Part shown: positions 9,044 through 18,032 of the stretch, one piece after another | Numbering within the stretch: position 1 is the stretch's first letter | Layout: each line of letters opens with the position of its first letter | From: a virus | Lineage: Duplodnaviria > Caudoviricetes | DNA length: 64,000 nucleotides | Virus record (IMG/VR): IMGVR_UViG_3300028025_001913 | Location: 605 to 64,604 of that record | Strand: one strand, 5' to 3' | Translations under genes and position numbers: made by a program | The notes under the pieces: generated by a model | What the model was told of the DNA's origin: nothing | The model's input: the letters and a program-made list of their open reading frames with translations, nothing else | The model's database searches: none

Positions 9044-9952
9044 ATGGCTATTTCACGTGCACAACTATTGAAAGAGTTGCTCCCGGGCTTGAACGCTTTG
9101 TTCGGTTTAGAATATAAGCGTTATGGAGAGCAACACAAAGAGATCTACGAAACAGAGAAATCTGAGCGTAGCTTTGAAGAAGAAACAAAACTGTCTGGTT
9201 TCTCAGCCGCTCCTGTTAAAAACGAAGGCTCTGCCATCGCTTATGACAATGCGCAGGAAGCTTTCACAGCTCGTTACAACCACGAAACAATCGCTTTAGG
9301 TTTCTCAGTAACTGAAGAAGCAATCGAAGATAACCTCTACGACGCTTTATCAGGACGCTACACTAAAGCATTAGCTCGTGCTATGGCTTACACCAAACAG
9401 GTTAAAGCTGCTGCTGTATTAAACAACGGATTCTCCTCCGCTTATCCCGGTGGTGATGGTGTTGCTTTATTCAGCACATCTCACCCATTGGTTAACGGCA
9501 GTACTAACAGCAACACTTTCACTACTCCTGCTGACTTGAATGAGACTTCTTTAGAAGCCGCTGTTATTCAAATCGCTGCTTGGACTGATGAGCGTGGTCT
9601 GTTAATCGCTGCAATGCCACGTAAGTTGATTATTCCGCCAGCATTACAGTTCGTTGCTACTCGTTTATTAGAAACTAACCTCCGTGTTGGTACTACTGAT
9701 AACGACATCAATGCATTGAAGAACAACGGTTCTATCCCAGAGGGTTATACAATCAATAACTATCTAACAGATACAAACGCTTGGTTTTTATGCACCGATG
9801 TACCTAACGGTATGAAGCATTTTGAACGTATGCCTTTGTCTAACAACATGGACGGCGACTTCGATACAGGTAACGTACGTTACAAGTCTCGTGAGCGTTA
9901 TTCATTCGGTTGGTCAGACCCACTAGGAATGTTCGCTTCACCCGGAGCCTAA
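9044..9952 (+). CDS. major capsid protein
   Basis: MAISRAQLLKELLPGLNALFG...RERYSFGWSDP; strong codon bias; followed by a terminator. Confidence 0.9.
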   Translation: MAISRAQLLKELLPGLNALFGLEYKRYGEQHKEIYETEKSERSFEEETKLSGFSAAPVKNEGSAIAYDNAQEAFTARYNHETIALGFSVTEEAIEDNLYDALSGRYTKALARAMAYTKQVKAAAVLNNGFSSAYPGGDGVALFSTSHPLVNGSTNSNTFTTPADLNETSLEAAVIQIAAWTDERGLLIAAMPRKLIIPPALQFVATRLLETNLRVGTTDNDINALKNNGSIPEGYTINNYLTDTNAWFLCTDVPNGMKHFERMPLSNNMDGDFDTGNVRYKSRERYSFGWSDPLGMFASPGA

Positions 9953-9953
9953 G

Positions 9954-9983
9954 AAAAAGGGGAGATAAAACTCCCCTTTTTTT
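9954..9983 (+). terminator. intrinsic terminator after MCP
   Basis: GGGGAG-ATAAAA-CTCCCC followed by a T-run. Confidence 0.85.
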
Positions 9984-10007
9984 ATTTTTTGTAGTATGAT
10001 TAGTTAT

Positions 10008-10087
10008 CTGGGTAATTCCAGCTTATTAAACTGCCCCAGCAGACGATATACCGATTAATAGGCTTAACTTGTATATAGGAGAATCCT
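10008..10087 (+). ncRNA. putative structured cis RNA leader with two pseudoknots
   Basis: stem 10021-29/10055-63, hairpin 10031-42, pairings 10008-12/10035-39 and 10046-51/10071-76 next to the SD. Confidence 0.45.
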
Positions 10088-10088
10088 C

Positions 10089-10574
10089 ATGGGTTTCGCT
10101 TCGCACTTAGGTCCTTGGCTATTAGGTACCGTTAAAAACACAACTGGCACAACTGCTGGAACACTACGCAACATGGGTAACACCATAGTGTCTCAATCTG
10201 TTGCGGTTCTTTACACCGATATTACTGCCGGAACAACCGCATTTACAATCCCTGCTGGTTCACAAATTTTATCTGCTTCGTTTAATACAACTGTCGCTTA
10301 CGCAACTACTACACCTACATACGCTTTATTTGTAAACGGTACAGCTATTAACACCGCAGCTAACGGCAGCGTATTTACTAACACAGGTATTGTTAACTTG
10401 TTGCTTGGTAATAACAACGCAGCTGGCGCAGTGCTTTGTGCTAACGTAGGTACAGGCGATGCGATTATTACATTTACTCAAGCTAACGTAACAGCTACTT
10501 CAGGTGCTGGTATCTTAACTATGACTTATGTAGTTCGTGATTCTGACGGTAACGCTAATCCAAGTCAGGTTTAA
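10089..10574 (+). CDS. virion structural protein (putative)
   Basis: T/A/G-rich 161-aa ORF after MCP, AGGAG SD. Confidence 0.7.
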   Translation: MGFASHLGPWLLGTVKNTTGTTAGTLRNMGNTIVSQSVAVLYTDITAGTTAFTIPAGSQILSASFNTTVAYATTTPTYALFVNGTAINTAANGSVFTNTGIVNLLLGNNNAAGAVLCANVGTGDAIITFTQANVTATSGAGILTMTYVVRDSDGNANPSQV

Positions 10575-10581
10575 TTAATCT

Positions 10582-10599
10582 GGGGGTTCGCCCCCTTTT
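10582..10599 (+). terminator. intrinsic terminator
   Basis: GGGGG-TTCG-CCCCC-TTTT. Confidence 0.7.
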
Positions 10600-10616
10600 A
10601 TTTTAGGAGATTAATT

Positions 10617-10913
10617 ATGGGTATGCAAACCGATGTTTTATCAGCGCATCTTAGTGCTGCTGGTACTCTTTATACTGGTCGTACTCGTTTAAAAGGGATA
10701 ATTGTTGCCCCTAAAGCTAGTACAGCCGCTACTTTTGAAATACGCACAACCAGCGCTACAGGCCCTGTTCTTTTTACAATGGACATAGCAAGCCTTGGTA
10801 CACCAAACACAACTTGTATAATAGTTCCCGGTGAAGGCATTCTGGCAAGTGATGGATTGTATTTAACCACAAGCGTTGGTACTGTAACTGGTATTACGGT
10901 GTTCTATGGCTAA
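10617..10913 (+). CDS. hypothetical structural protein
   Basis: 98 aa, AGGAG SD, PGEGIL motif. Confidence 0.7.
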   Translation: MGMQTDVLSAHLSAAGTLYTGRTRLKGIIVAPKASTAATFEIRTTSATGPVLFTMDIASLGTPNTTCIIVPGEGILASDGLYLTTSVGTVTGITVFYG

Positions 10914-11163
10914 GAAAAAAGGTCCGTCCCTCGCTATTGGTAGGGGTGAGAAGCTACCTGTATCTAAAGGGGCGGGCCTTACTGCCAAAGGCAGAGCTAA
11001 GTACAATGCGGCTACGGGGTCTAATCTAAAGGCTCCGCAACCACAAGGTGGCGCAAGAAAGCGTTCATTCTGCGCTAGGATGTCAGGGATGCCCGGACCA
11101 ATGAAAGACGAGAACGGCAAACCAACAAGGAAGGCTGCGAGTCTAAAGAGATGGAAATGCTAA
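10906..11163 (+). CDS. small basic protein (DUF6321-like)
   Basis: GLTAKGRAKYN...RKRSFCARM...SLKRWKC. Confidence 0.65.
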   Translation: MAKKKGPSLAIGRGEKLPVSKGAGLTAKGRAKYNAATGSNLKAPQPQGGARKRSFCARMSGMPGPMKDENGKPTRKAASLKRWKC

Positions 11164-11396
11164 ATAACATGCTGGAATTATGGACTGGTGGTTTAACCGT
11201 TTTTATGGCGGTTATTGGATATATTGTGCATGAGAAGTTTGACAAAATTAAAGACTTAGACGATAAACTTAACACTACTAGAGTGGAGATAGCCCGTGAC
11301 TATGCAACTAATTCAGAAGTCCAAAGAATTACTGACCACATTGACCAACGCTTTAACAAGCTTGAAGCAAAAATTGACCAGCTTATTTCAAGATAA
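11151..11396 (+). CDS. membrane-anchored coiled-coil protein
   Basis: N-terminal TM segment, then heptads (FNKLEAKIDQL). Confidence 0.65.
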   Translation: MEMLNNMLELWTGGLTVFMAVIGYIVHEKFDKIKDLDDKLNTTRVEIARDYATNSEVQRITDHIDQRFNKLEAKIDQLISR

Positions 11397-11398
11397 AG

Positions 11399-11704
11399 AT
11401 GCCAAGTAGCTCTAAAAAGCAGCACAATTTTATGGAAGCAATAGCTCACAATAAAGCTTTTGCTAAGAAGGTAGGTGTTCCACAGTCCGTGGGGCAAGAT
11501 TTTTCAAAAGCCGATAAAGGCAAAACTTTTAAAAAGGGTGGTGAAACTATGGCAACTAAAAAAATGAATCCATTTATGGCAATGATTGCAAAGAAAAAAG
11601 AAGCTGCTGCTAAAAAGCCAGCTAAATCTGCTGCTATGCCTATGAAAAAAGGCGGCATGGCTAAAAAACCAATGAAGAAAATGACTATGGGCGGAAAGGC
11701 TTAA
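11399..11704 (+). CDS. Lys-rich small protein with KKGG motifs
   Basis: 101-aa ORF in the coupled late operon. Confidence 0.7.
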   Translation: MPSSSKKQHNFMEAIAHNKAFAKKVGVPQSVGQDFSKADKGKTFKKGGETMATKKMNPFMAMIAKKKEAAAKKPAKSAAMPMKKGGMAKKPMKKMTMGGKA

Positions 11705-11709
11705 TAACT

Positions 11710-11904
11710 ATGAAACACGAAGACATTAAAAAAGATATGCCAATGATGAAAAAAGTAGCCAATAAGGCTGTTATGGGTCATGAGAAGCGTATGCATAAGA
11801 TGGCTAAGGGCGGTACAGCCTCAGCTAGAGCAGACGGTTGTGCGCAGCGTGGTAAAACCAAAGGCACAATGGTTGGTATGAACAAAGGTGGGATGACCTG
11901 CTGA
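11710..11904 (+). CDS. Lys-rich small protein
   Basis: MAKGG, RADGCAQRGKTKG. Confidence 0.7.
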   Translation: MKHEDIKKDMPMMKKVANKAVMGHEKRMHKMAKGGTASARADGCAQRGKTKGTMVGMNKGGMTC

Positions 11905-12293
11905 TGAGAGCCTCTCGTGGGATGGGTGACATAAACCCATCCAAAATGCCGGGTGGTGTAAAGAAAGCTCGTAGAGATGATACGGACTTTACTGAGTTTA
12001 AAAAAGGTGGTTCGGTTACGATCACTAAAGGTGGTACTGCATCGGCTATGGCTAAGAAACTCTTATCTAAACCGGGGTCTTTAAAAGCATCTGATATGTA
12101 TAAAGAAGGTGGAAAAACTAAGTCTAAAGTTAATGAAGCCGGTAACTATACAAAACCAGAGTTGCGCAAACGGATATTTAATAGTGTCAAAGCAGCCGCA
12201 GTACAGGGTACGGGTGCAGGACAGTGGTCAGCTCGTAAAGCGCAGTTGATGGCTAAACGCTACAAAGCCGCAGGCGGAGGTTATCGTGATTGA
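11904..12293 (+). CDS. Lys-rich protein with DUF5872-like N-half at its C-terminus
   Basis: NYTKPELRKRI...GQWSARKAQLMAKRYKAAGGGY. Confidence 0.65.
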   Translation: MRASRGMGDINPSKMPGGVKKARRDDTDFTEFKKGGSVTITKGGTASAMAKKLLSKPGSLKASDMYKEGGKTKSKVNEAGNYTKPELRKRIFNSVKAAAVQGTGAGQWSARKAQLMAKRYKAAGGGYRD

Positions 12294-12417
12294 AAATAAA
12301 CACAGTACAACTTGTTTTATATATGATGATGGTCCTTGTGATTGTGGACTGGATGAGTATATAACTGATGAACAAATTGATATGGAGCTTCTTGAAAAAG
12401 AAGAGGCAAAAGATTGA
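12286..12417 (+). CDS. small acidic protein (43 aa, not in ORF track)
   Basis: GGAGG SD then GTG; MIENKHSTTCFIYDDGPCDCGLDEYITDEQIDMELLEKEEAKD; overlaps both neighbours. Confidence 0.55.
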   Translation: MIENKHSTTCFIYDDGPCDCGLDEYITDEQIDMELLEKEEAKD

Positions 12418-12656
12418 AAGCGCCACAACAGTCTTTAAAGTCATGGGGTGAACAGAAGTGGACTACCAAGTCTGGTAAGAAATCATCAGAAACAGGTGAG
12501 CGGTACCTACCAAAGAAAGCAATTGAAGCGTTAAGTCCGCAGGAGTACGCAGCAACTACACGGGCAAAGCGGGCAGGTAAGGCAAAAGGTAAGCAGTTTG
12601 TTCCTCAGCCAAAAAGTGTTAAGTCTAAGGTTAAACCTTATAGGAAGATAGGATAA
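12414..12656 (+). CDS. basic protein, DUF5872-like C-half
   Basis: QSLKSWGEQKW...GERYLPKKA...GKQFVPQP. Confidence 0.65.
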   Translation: MKAPQQSLKSWGEQKWTTKSGKKSSETGERYLPKKAIEALSPQEYAATTRAKRAGKAKGKQFVPQPKSVKSKVKPYRKIG

Positions 12657-12659
12657 AAG

Positions 12660-13412
12660 ATGACCGTAGTTGCAAGCACCTCGTTTAACTTAGACCTAGC
12701 TGAAATGGTTGAGGAAGCCTTTGAGCGTTGTGGTTCACAGTTACGTACTGGTTATGACCTTAAGACTGCTAGGCGTAGTCTTAATTTGTTGTTTGCCGAT
12801 TGGGCTAACCGTGGTATCAACTTGTGGACAATTGAGCAAGGTCAGATTAACTTAGTTCAAGGCGTAAACACGTACGATTTACCTATTGACACAGTTGATT
12901 TGTTAGAACACGTTATCCGTACTAACGCAGGTAGCACCGCTAATCAAACAGACTTATCAATAACAAGTATATCTGTGTCTACCTACGCAACAATACCAAA
13001 CAAGTTAACACAATCTAGACCTATTCAAGTCTGGTTTAATCGTCAGTCCGGTGCTGATTATGCAGGTACGGCAACGTCTTCTCCTCCGCTTGGTATAGAT
13101 TATCCTAAGATAGTTGTTTGGCCTACTCCAGACCAAGGTGCTGTCGGTGACCCATATTACACGTTTGTATACTGGCGTATGCGTAGAATTCATGACGGCG
13201 GTAACGGCGTTAACACTATGGATATACCGTTTAGATTTATGCCTTGCTTGGTAGCAGGGCTTTCGTATTATTTGGCATTAAAAATTTCAGGGGCAGAGCA
13301 ACGTATTCCTTTGTTAAAACAACAGTACGATGAGGCTTGGGAACTAGCCGCTACTGAAGATAGGGATAAGTCAGCTATTCGTTTTGTTCCTCGACAGATG
13401 TACATTTATTAA
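12660..13412 (+). CDS. head-tail adaptor-like virion protein
   Basis: EEAFERCG, ARRSLNLL..WANRG, VWPTPD; gene position. Confidence 0.6.
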   Translation: MTVVASTSFNLDLAEMVEEAFERCGSQLRTGYDLKTARRSLNLLFADWANRGINLWTIEQGQINLVQGVNTYDLPIDTVDLLEHVIRTNAGSTANQTDLSITSISVSTYATIPNKLTQSRPIQVWFNRQSGADYAGTATSSPPLGIDYPKIVVWPTPDQGAVGDPYYTFVYWRMRRIHDGGNGVNTMDIPFRFMPCLVAGLSYYLALKISGAEQRIPLLKQQYDEAWELAATEDRDKSAIRFVPRQMYIY

Positions 13413-13420
13413 AGGTTTAT

Positions 13421-13849
13421 GTGGGTAATAGATTTGCATCAGCTAAAAACTCAATTGCCCAGTGCGATAGGTGCGGGCAAAGATTTAAATTAGTTGAATT
13501 AAAGAAAGAAATAAAAAAGACCAAGATATATGATTTAAAAGTTTGTTCAGCGTGTTGGGACCCAGATCAGCCGCAGTTGCAGTTAGGTATGTATCCGGTA
13601 GATGACCCACAAGCGGTACGGGAACCAAGAACGGATAATACATACTACCAAGCAGGACGTACGGGTTTACAGACTAATGTAAATGGTGGCGATACAACAG
13701 CAGGCTTAGGAGTTGTCTCAGTTGGTAGTAGAATATTTGAGTGGGGCTGGGCACCAGTAGGCGGCTCTAGCGGTTTTGATAGGATTTTAACTCCCAATGC
13801 GCTTGTGGCAACGGGGACTGTAAATAGTGTAACAATCTCAACAACATAG
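13421..13849 (+). CDS. CxxC zinc-ribbon hypothetical protein
   Basis: CDRCG...VCSACWDPDQPQ. Confidence 0.65.
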   Translation: MGNRFASAKNSIAQCDRCGQRFKLVELKKEIKKTKIYDLKVCSACWDPDQPQLQLGMYPVDDPQAVREPRTDNTYYQAGRTGLQTNVNGGDTTAGLGVVSVGSRIFEWGWAPVGGSSGFDRILTPNALVATGTVNSVTISTT

Positions 13850-13858
13850 GAGTGTATA

Positions 13859-14059
13859 ATGGGATATAAATCAGGCGCTGATGGCGTAACAAAAAAAGGT
13901 AAAACTAAAGGTACAAACTTAGGTGATACTGGACCTAGCGTTGGCATTAAGTCAGGTGCTAAGGGTGGTAAAGGTTCACTTAGAGGCGGCAAAACTAACG
14001 AAGCTATGAAATCTATGGGACGTAATATGGCTAAAGTAGCTGCACAAAGGGGTAGATAA
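13859..14059 (+). CDS. Lys/Gly-rich small protein
   Basis: ADGVTKKGKTKG, related to 11710..11904. Confidence 0.7.
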   Translation: MGYKSGADGVTKKGKTKGTNLGDTGPSVGIKSGAKGGKGSLRGGKTNEAMKSMGRNMAKVAAQRGR

Positions 14060-14319
14060 TGGCTAAATACAGCATGAAACAAAACGGTAAAGAAGTTGGG
14101 CCTGCGTCTGTTTACGCAGAACCACATACTATGGACGGTAAAAAGCTAACCGCTAAAGACGCTGGTAAACCTCAAAGTGTTAATTTTGCAGACGAGATTA
14201 AAATGTCTGTTGGGCGTATTTCAAAAGGCCAAAACACAGAAGTTAAAACATCAGGCATTAAAATGCGTGGTGCAGGAGCGGCTACCAAAGGCTTTATGTG
14301 CAGAGGGCCGATGGCATAA
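14059..14319 (+). CDS. small basic protein
   Basis: RGAGAATKG motif; coupled. Confidence 0.7.
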   Translation: MAKYSMKQNGKEVGPASVYAEPHTMDGKKLTAKDAGKPQSVNFADEIKMSVGRISKGQNTEVKTSGIKMRGAGAATKGFMCRGPMA

Positions 14320-15251
14320 TGAATTATGTGACGTTGTACCAAACAATCCAGAACTACGCTGAGAATACGGAATCGCTCTTTGTATCGAGCATTCCTACGT
14401 TTGTACAACAGGCTGAAGAACGTATCTTTAACATGATACAGTTTCCTTCGTTACGCAAAAACGTAACAGGGACTTTAACTGCAAGTAATCAGTACCTCTC
14501 TTTACCAGATGACTTTTTATCTACCTACTCGCTGGCTGTAATAACATCTAATGGTTATGAGTATTTACTTAACAAAGATGTAAACTTTATTAGACAGGCT
14601 TACCCTAAAGCAACTGATACAGGTACTCCACAGTATTACGCTTTATTTGGTCCACAGTACACAGCAAACACTGAGTTATCAGCTATTTTAGGACCGACTC
14701 CTGATTCTAATTATTCTGTAGAGCTACATTATTTCTTCTACCCAGCCTCTATTGTGCAGGGCATTATTACCTTACTAAACACCGCTTCTTTTACTGGTGG
14801 AACTTTATACACTAACGGCACTTACACAAATATCCCGTTAACAGGTGGTTCGGGTGCAGGAGCTGTAGCTACAATAACTATTGCTGGCGGTATAGTTACA
14901 ACAGTAGCTTTGACTAATGGTGGCAACTTCTACAGAGTAGGCGACAACTTAAGTTTTGACGCAGCTAATATTGGCGTTGGTTCTGGTTCTGGGTTCTCTA
15001 TACCCGTATTAACAATCAATAATGCTACTGGCACTTCTTGGCTCGGTGATAACTTTGACCCTGTTCTTCTTTATGGCTCGATGCGAGAAGCTATGATATT
15101 TATGAAGGGTGAGCAGGATATGGTCACTTATTACGAGCAGAAGTTTACTGAAGCCGTAGCCCTAGCTAAACGTCTTGGTGATGGTCTGGAGCGTGGTGAT
15201 GCGTACCGTGATGGTCAGACTAAACTTAATGTGAGCGGACCTAACTCGTGA
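14319..15251 (+). CDS. tail/adaptor protein with inserted Gly/Thr beta domain
   Basis: FVQQAEERI, GPTPD, LLYGS motifs; ATG overlaps the preceding stop. Confidence 0.6.
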   Translation: MNYVTLYQTIQNYAENTESLFVSSIPTFVQQAEERIFNMIQFPSLRKNVTGTLTASNQYLSLPDDFLSTYSLAVITSNGYEYLLNKDVNFIRQAYPKATDTGTPQYYALFGPQYTANTELSAILGPTPDSNYSVELHYFFYPASIVQGIITLLNTASFTGGTLYTNGTYTNIPLTGGSGAGAVATITIAGGIVTTVALTNGGNFYRVGDNLSFDAANIGVGSGSGFSIPVLTINNATGTSWLGDNFDPVLLYGSMREAMIFMKGEQDMVTYYEQKFTEAVALAKRLGDGLERGDAYRDGQTKLNVSGPNS

Positions 15252-15679
15252 CCATAGTTCAAGGACAAACTACAAAGTTTAAGACTGATGCACTTAGTGG
15301 ATTGGTTAATTTTGCTGTTGGAACTTCTTATACTTACAAAATTGCTTTGTATACTGCAAATGCTAATTTAGATAATTCAACGGCTGCATATACGACTACG
15401 GGCGAGGTTGTTGGTACAGGATACACAGCTGGAGGGAAGCCGTTAGTCATATCAACTAGACCTACTGGGGACACCACAAACAATGTGGCTTACATATCGT
15501 TTGACCCAGTAACTTGGACGGGGGCATCCTTTACTTGTAGAGGTGCGTTGATTTACAATAGTACAACGAGTGCAACAGTAGCAGTTTTAAACTTTGGGTC
15601 AGATAAAACAACAACGGGTACGTTTACAGTTACTTTCCCAACACCATCATCAACAACAGCAGTAATAACAATCTCTTAG
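15248..15679 (+). CDS. tail-associated structural protein
   Basis: KIALYT, GYTAGG, RGALIYN, FGSDKT. Confidence 0.65.
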   Translation: MTIVQGQTTKFKTDALSGLVNFAVGTSYTYKIALYTANANLDNSTAAYTTTGEVVGTGYTAGGKPLVISTRPTGDTTNNVAYISFDPVTWTGASFTCRGALIYNSTTSATVAVLNFGSDKTTTGTFTVTFPTPSSTTAVITIS

Positions 15680-15687
15680 GAGTAAAT

Positions 15688-16287
15688 ATGCACAAAGAAA
15701 TTCAAGGTTTTGGCGATAACGCTACAGCCACATTACAAGCAAACGCTGTTATTCCTGAAGGAATGGGCGTTGATGGTCAGTATATTGTTGAGTGCCGTGA
15801 CGCTGCTGGCAATCTAAAGTGGGAAGAAGAGTTTCCTAACTTAGTTGTAGCTGTAGGTAAACAGCTAATGCTTGATACATTACTAAGAACATCTGGCACA
15901 TACACAACAGTTGGACCGTTTTTAGGTCTAATTAATAACAGTACAACCTTTGCTGCCGCAGATACAATGAGTTCTAAAACATGGACTGAGCTAACAACTT
16001 ACACAGTTGGCGGTTCAGCGGTTCGTGGAACAGCAGTATTTGCAGCAGCAACCTCGTCTGGAACAACTCCATCAAACGTCACAACATCAACCGCAACTGC
16101 AATTACCTACACAATGACGGGTTCTGCAACAGTTTATGGATGTTTCTTGGTTACAGGTTCAGGCGCTGTTAGCACAATCTCAAGCACAGCTGGAACTTTG
16201 TACTCTGAAGGAAACTTTAGTACAGCCAAGACTGTGACTTCAGGTGATACTGTTACTGTTACATATAGTACAACCGCAACAAGTTAA
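15688..16287 (+). CDS. tail-associated structural protein
   Basis: GNLKW...NLVVAVGK; T/S-rich. Confidence 0.65.
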   Translation: MHKEIQGFGDNATATLQANAVIPEGMGVDGQYIVECRDAAGNLKWEEEFPNLVVAVGKQLMLDTLLRTSGTYTTVGPFLGLINNSTTFAAADTMSSKTWTELTTYTVGGSAVRGTAVFAAATSSGTTPSNVTTSTATAITYTMTGSATVYGCFLVTGSGAVSTISSTAGTLYSEGNFSTAKTVTSGDTVTVTYSTTATS

Positions 16288-16297
16288 GGAGTCCTAA

Positions 16298-17650
16298 ATG
16301 GCTCTGGCGCTGTATAACCGGGTTCAAGAGACCACTAATACCACTGGTACGGGGACAATAACCCTTGCTGGTGCTGTATCTGGGTTTCAATCTTTTGCCG
16401 TAATTGGCAACGGAAATACAACGTATTACTGTATTACTAGTGGTTCCGCTTGGGAAGTTGGTCTTGGTACCTATACATCATCTGGAACTACTCTTGCTCG
16501 TACTTTAGTATATTCAAACTCTTTAGGGACTACATCACCAATTAGTTTGACAGGTACTTCTAACGTATTTGTTACTTTGCCAGCAGAGCAATATCCGGGC
16601 ACATCTTACGCAAGAACTGCATTTACAGCAACAGCTTCACAAACAACATTTACCGTAAATTATACGGTTGGGTACGTTCAGGTTTATGTAAACGGGGTTT
16701 TACTAAATGCGGCAGACTATGTAGCGTCTACAGGTACAAGTGTAGTTTTATCAGTAGCTTGCGCCTCTGGTGATATTGTTGAAATCATTGCCTTTAATGC
16801 GACTAATTTAACTGGCACTTCAAGAACGGTTACTGACTTTACAGCTACAGCATCACAGACTACATTTACTGTAACTTATACACCAAATTTTTTAGATGTT
16901 TACAGGAACGGTTCTAAATTAGCTACTGCCGACTATACAGCAACTAATGGGACAACTGTTGTGTTGGTAAACGCATGTACTTCTGGAGATATAGTACAGA
17001 CTGTAGCATATAGCCCTTCGTTGATAAGTAGTGCTGCTGGTGGCTCAACTACACAGATTCAATATAACTCTGCCGGTGGATTAACAGGTTCTCCTAATTT
17101 AACATTTGATGGCACTTATTTATCAAGCAATACAGGATTAGTTCCGGGGCAGTTAATCTATCGTTTAAATACTGCTTATGTAGGTTCAACAACAACATCC
17201 GCTCAATCATTTTTAGGTGTAGGTGTAACTGTTTCAACTTCTACTGTATACCAGTTTGAAGCTGTGTTTGCAATTTCAAAATCCGCAACCGCAAGCGCAC
17301 ATAACATTCAAGTAGGGTTTGGTGGTACGGCTACATTAAATAATATTGGGTATATATGGTATGGACCCCAGTCTAGTATTACATCATTTAACGATACAAC
17401 TAATGGTGCTTTATATGGCGGGTATATACAAACTGCAACTGCTACAACAGTAGCGGCTAGTTCCGCTGCGGCAGTGTATAAAATATTTTTTATTAAAGGT
17501 ACAGTATCTATTAACGCAGGTGGTACATTAATTCCTCAATATACGACAAGTGTAGCTATTGGTCCGTACACCACAGCAATAGGAAGTTATTTTAAACTAT
17601 CTCCAATGAGTGCATCAGGTGCAAATACAAGTATAGGAACATGGGCATAA
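16298..17650 (+). CDS. tail fibre protein
   Basis: RVQETT..TGTG N-domain, two FTATASQTTF..VYxNG repeats, IQYN motif. Confidence 0.75.
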   Translation: MALALYNRVQETTNTTGTGTITLAGAVSGFQSFAVIGNGNTTYYCITSGSAWEVGLGTYTSSGTTLARTLVYSNSLGTTSPISLTGTSNVFVTLPAEQYPGTSYARTAFTATASQTTFTVNYTVGYVQVYVNGVLLNAADYVASTGTSVVLSVACASGDIVEIIAFNATNLTGTSRTVTDFTATASQTTFTVTYTPNFLDVYRNGSKLATADYTATNGTTVVLVNACTSGDIVQTVAYSPSLISSAAGGSTTQIQYNSAGGLTGSPNLTFDGTYLSSNTGLVPGQLIYRLNTAYVGSTTTSAQSFLGVGVTVSTSTVYQFEAVFAISKSATASAHNIQVGFGGTATLNNIGYIWYGPQSSITSFNDTTNGALYGGYIQTATATTVAASSAAAVYKIFFIKGTVSINAGGTLIPQYTTSVAIGPYTTAIGSYFKLSPMSASGANTSIGTWA

Positions 17651-17651
17651 T

Positions 17652-18023
17652 ATGACACAAGCAGCCAGTTTAGCATCCGTTGGGTCAAGTGCGTTATCGT
17701 GGGGTGGAGCCCCCGCAGCCGCTTGGGTGAATTTTAATGGAACTTTAAGTGGAACAATAACACCAAGAGCATCACTTAATGTTTCGTCAATTACTGATAA
17801 CGGGGTTGGGGACTACATAATAAACTTTACAACTGCAATGCCTAACACAAATTATGCTACGTTATTAACATGTAGTACTGATTCAGAAAACCCAACAATT
17901 ATGAATTTACAAGGTACTACGGGTTCAGCTACAACGTCTAGTATAAGAATTCAAACTGCAAGACAAAATAATGGAGCTTCTGCTGATAGAACTACAATAT
18001 GTGTAGTTGTATTTAGCTTATAA
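17652..18023 (+). CDS. AWVNF-family tail-fibre tip-like protein, paralogue 1
   Basis: AWVNFNG...NVSSITDNGVGDYIINFT. Confidence 0.65.
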   Translation: MTQAASLASVGSSALSWGGAPAAAWVNFNGTLSGTITPRASLNVSSITDNGVGDYIINFTTAMPNTNYATLLTCSTDSENPTIMNLQGTTGSATTSSIRIQTARQNNGASADRTTICVVVFSL

Positions 18024-18032
18024 GAGAAAATT

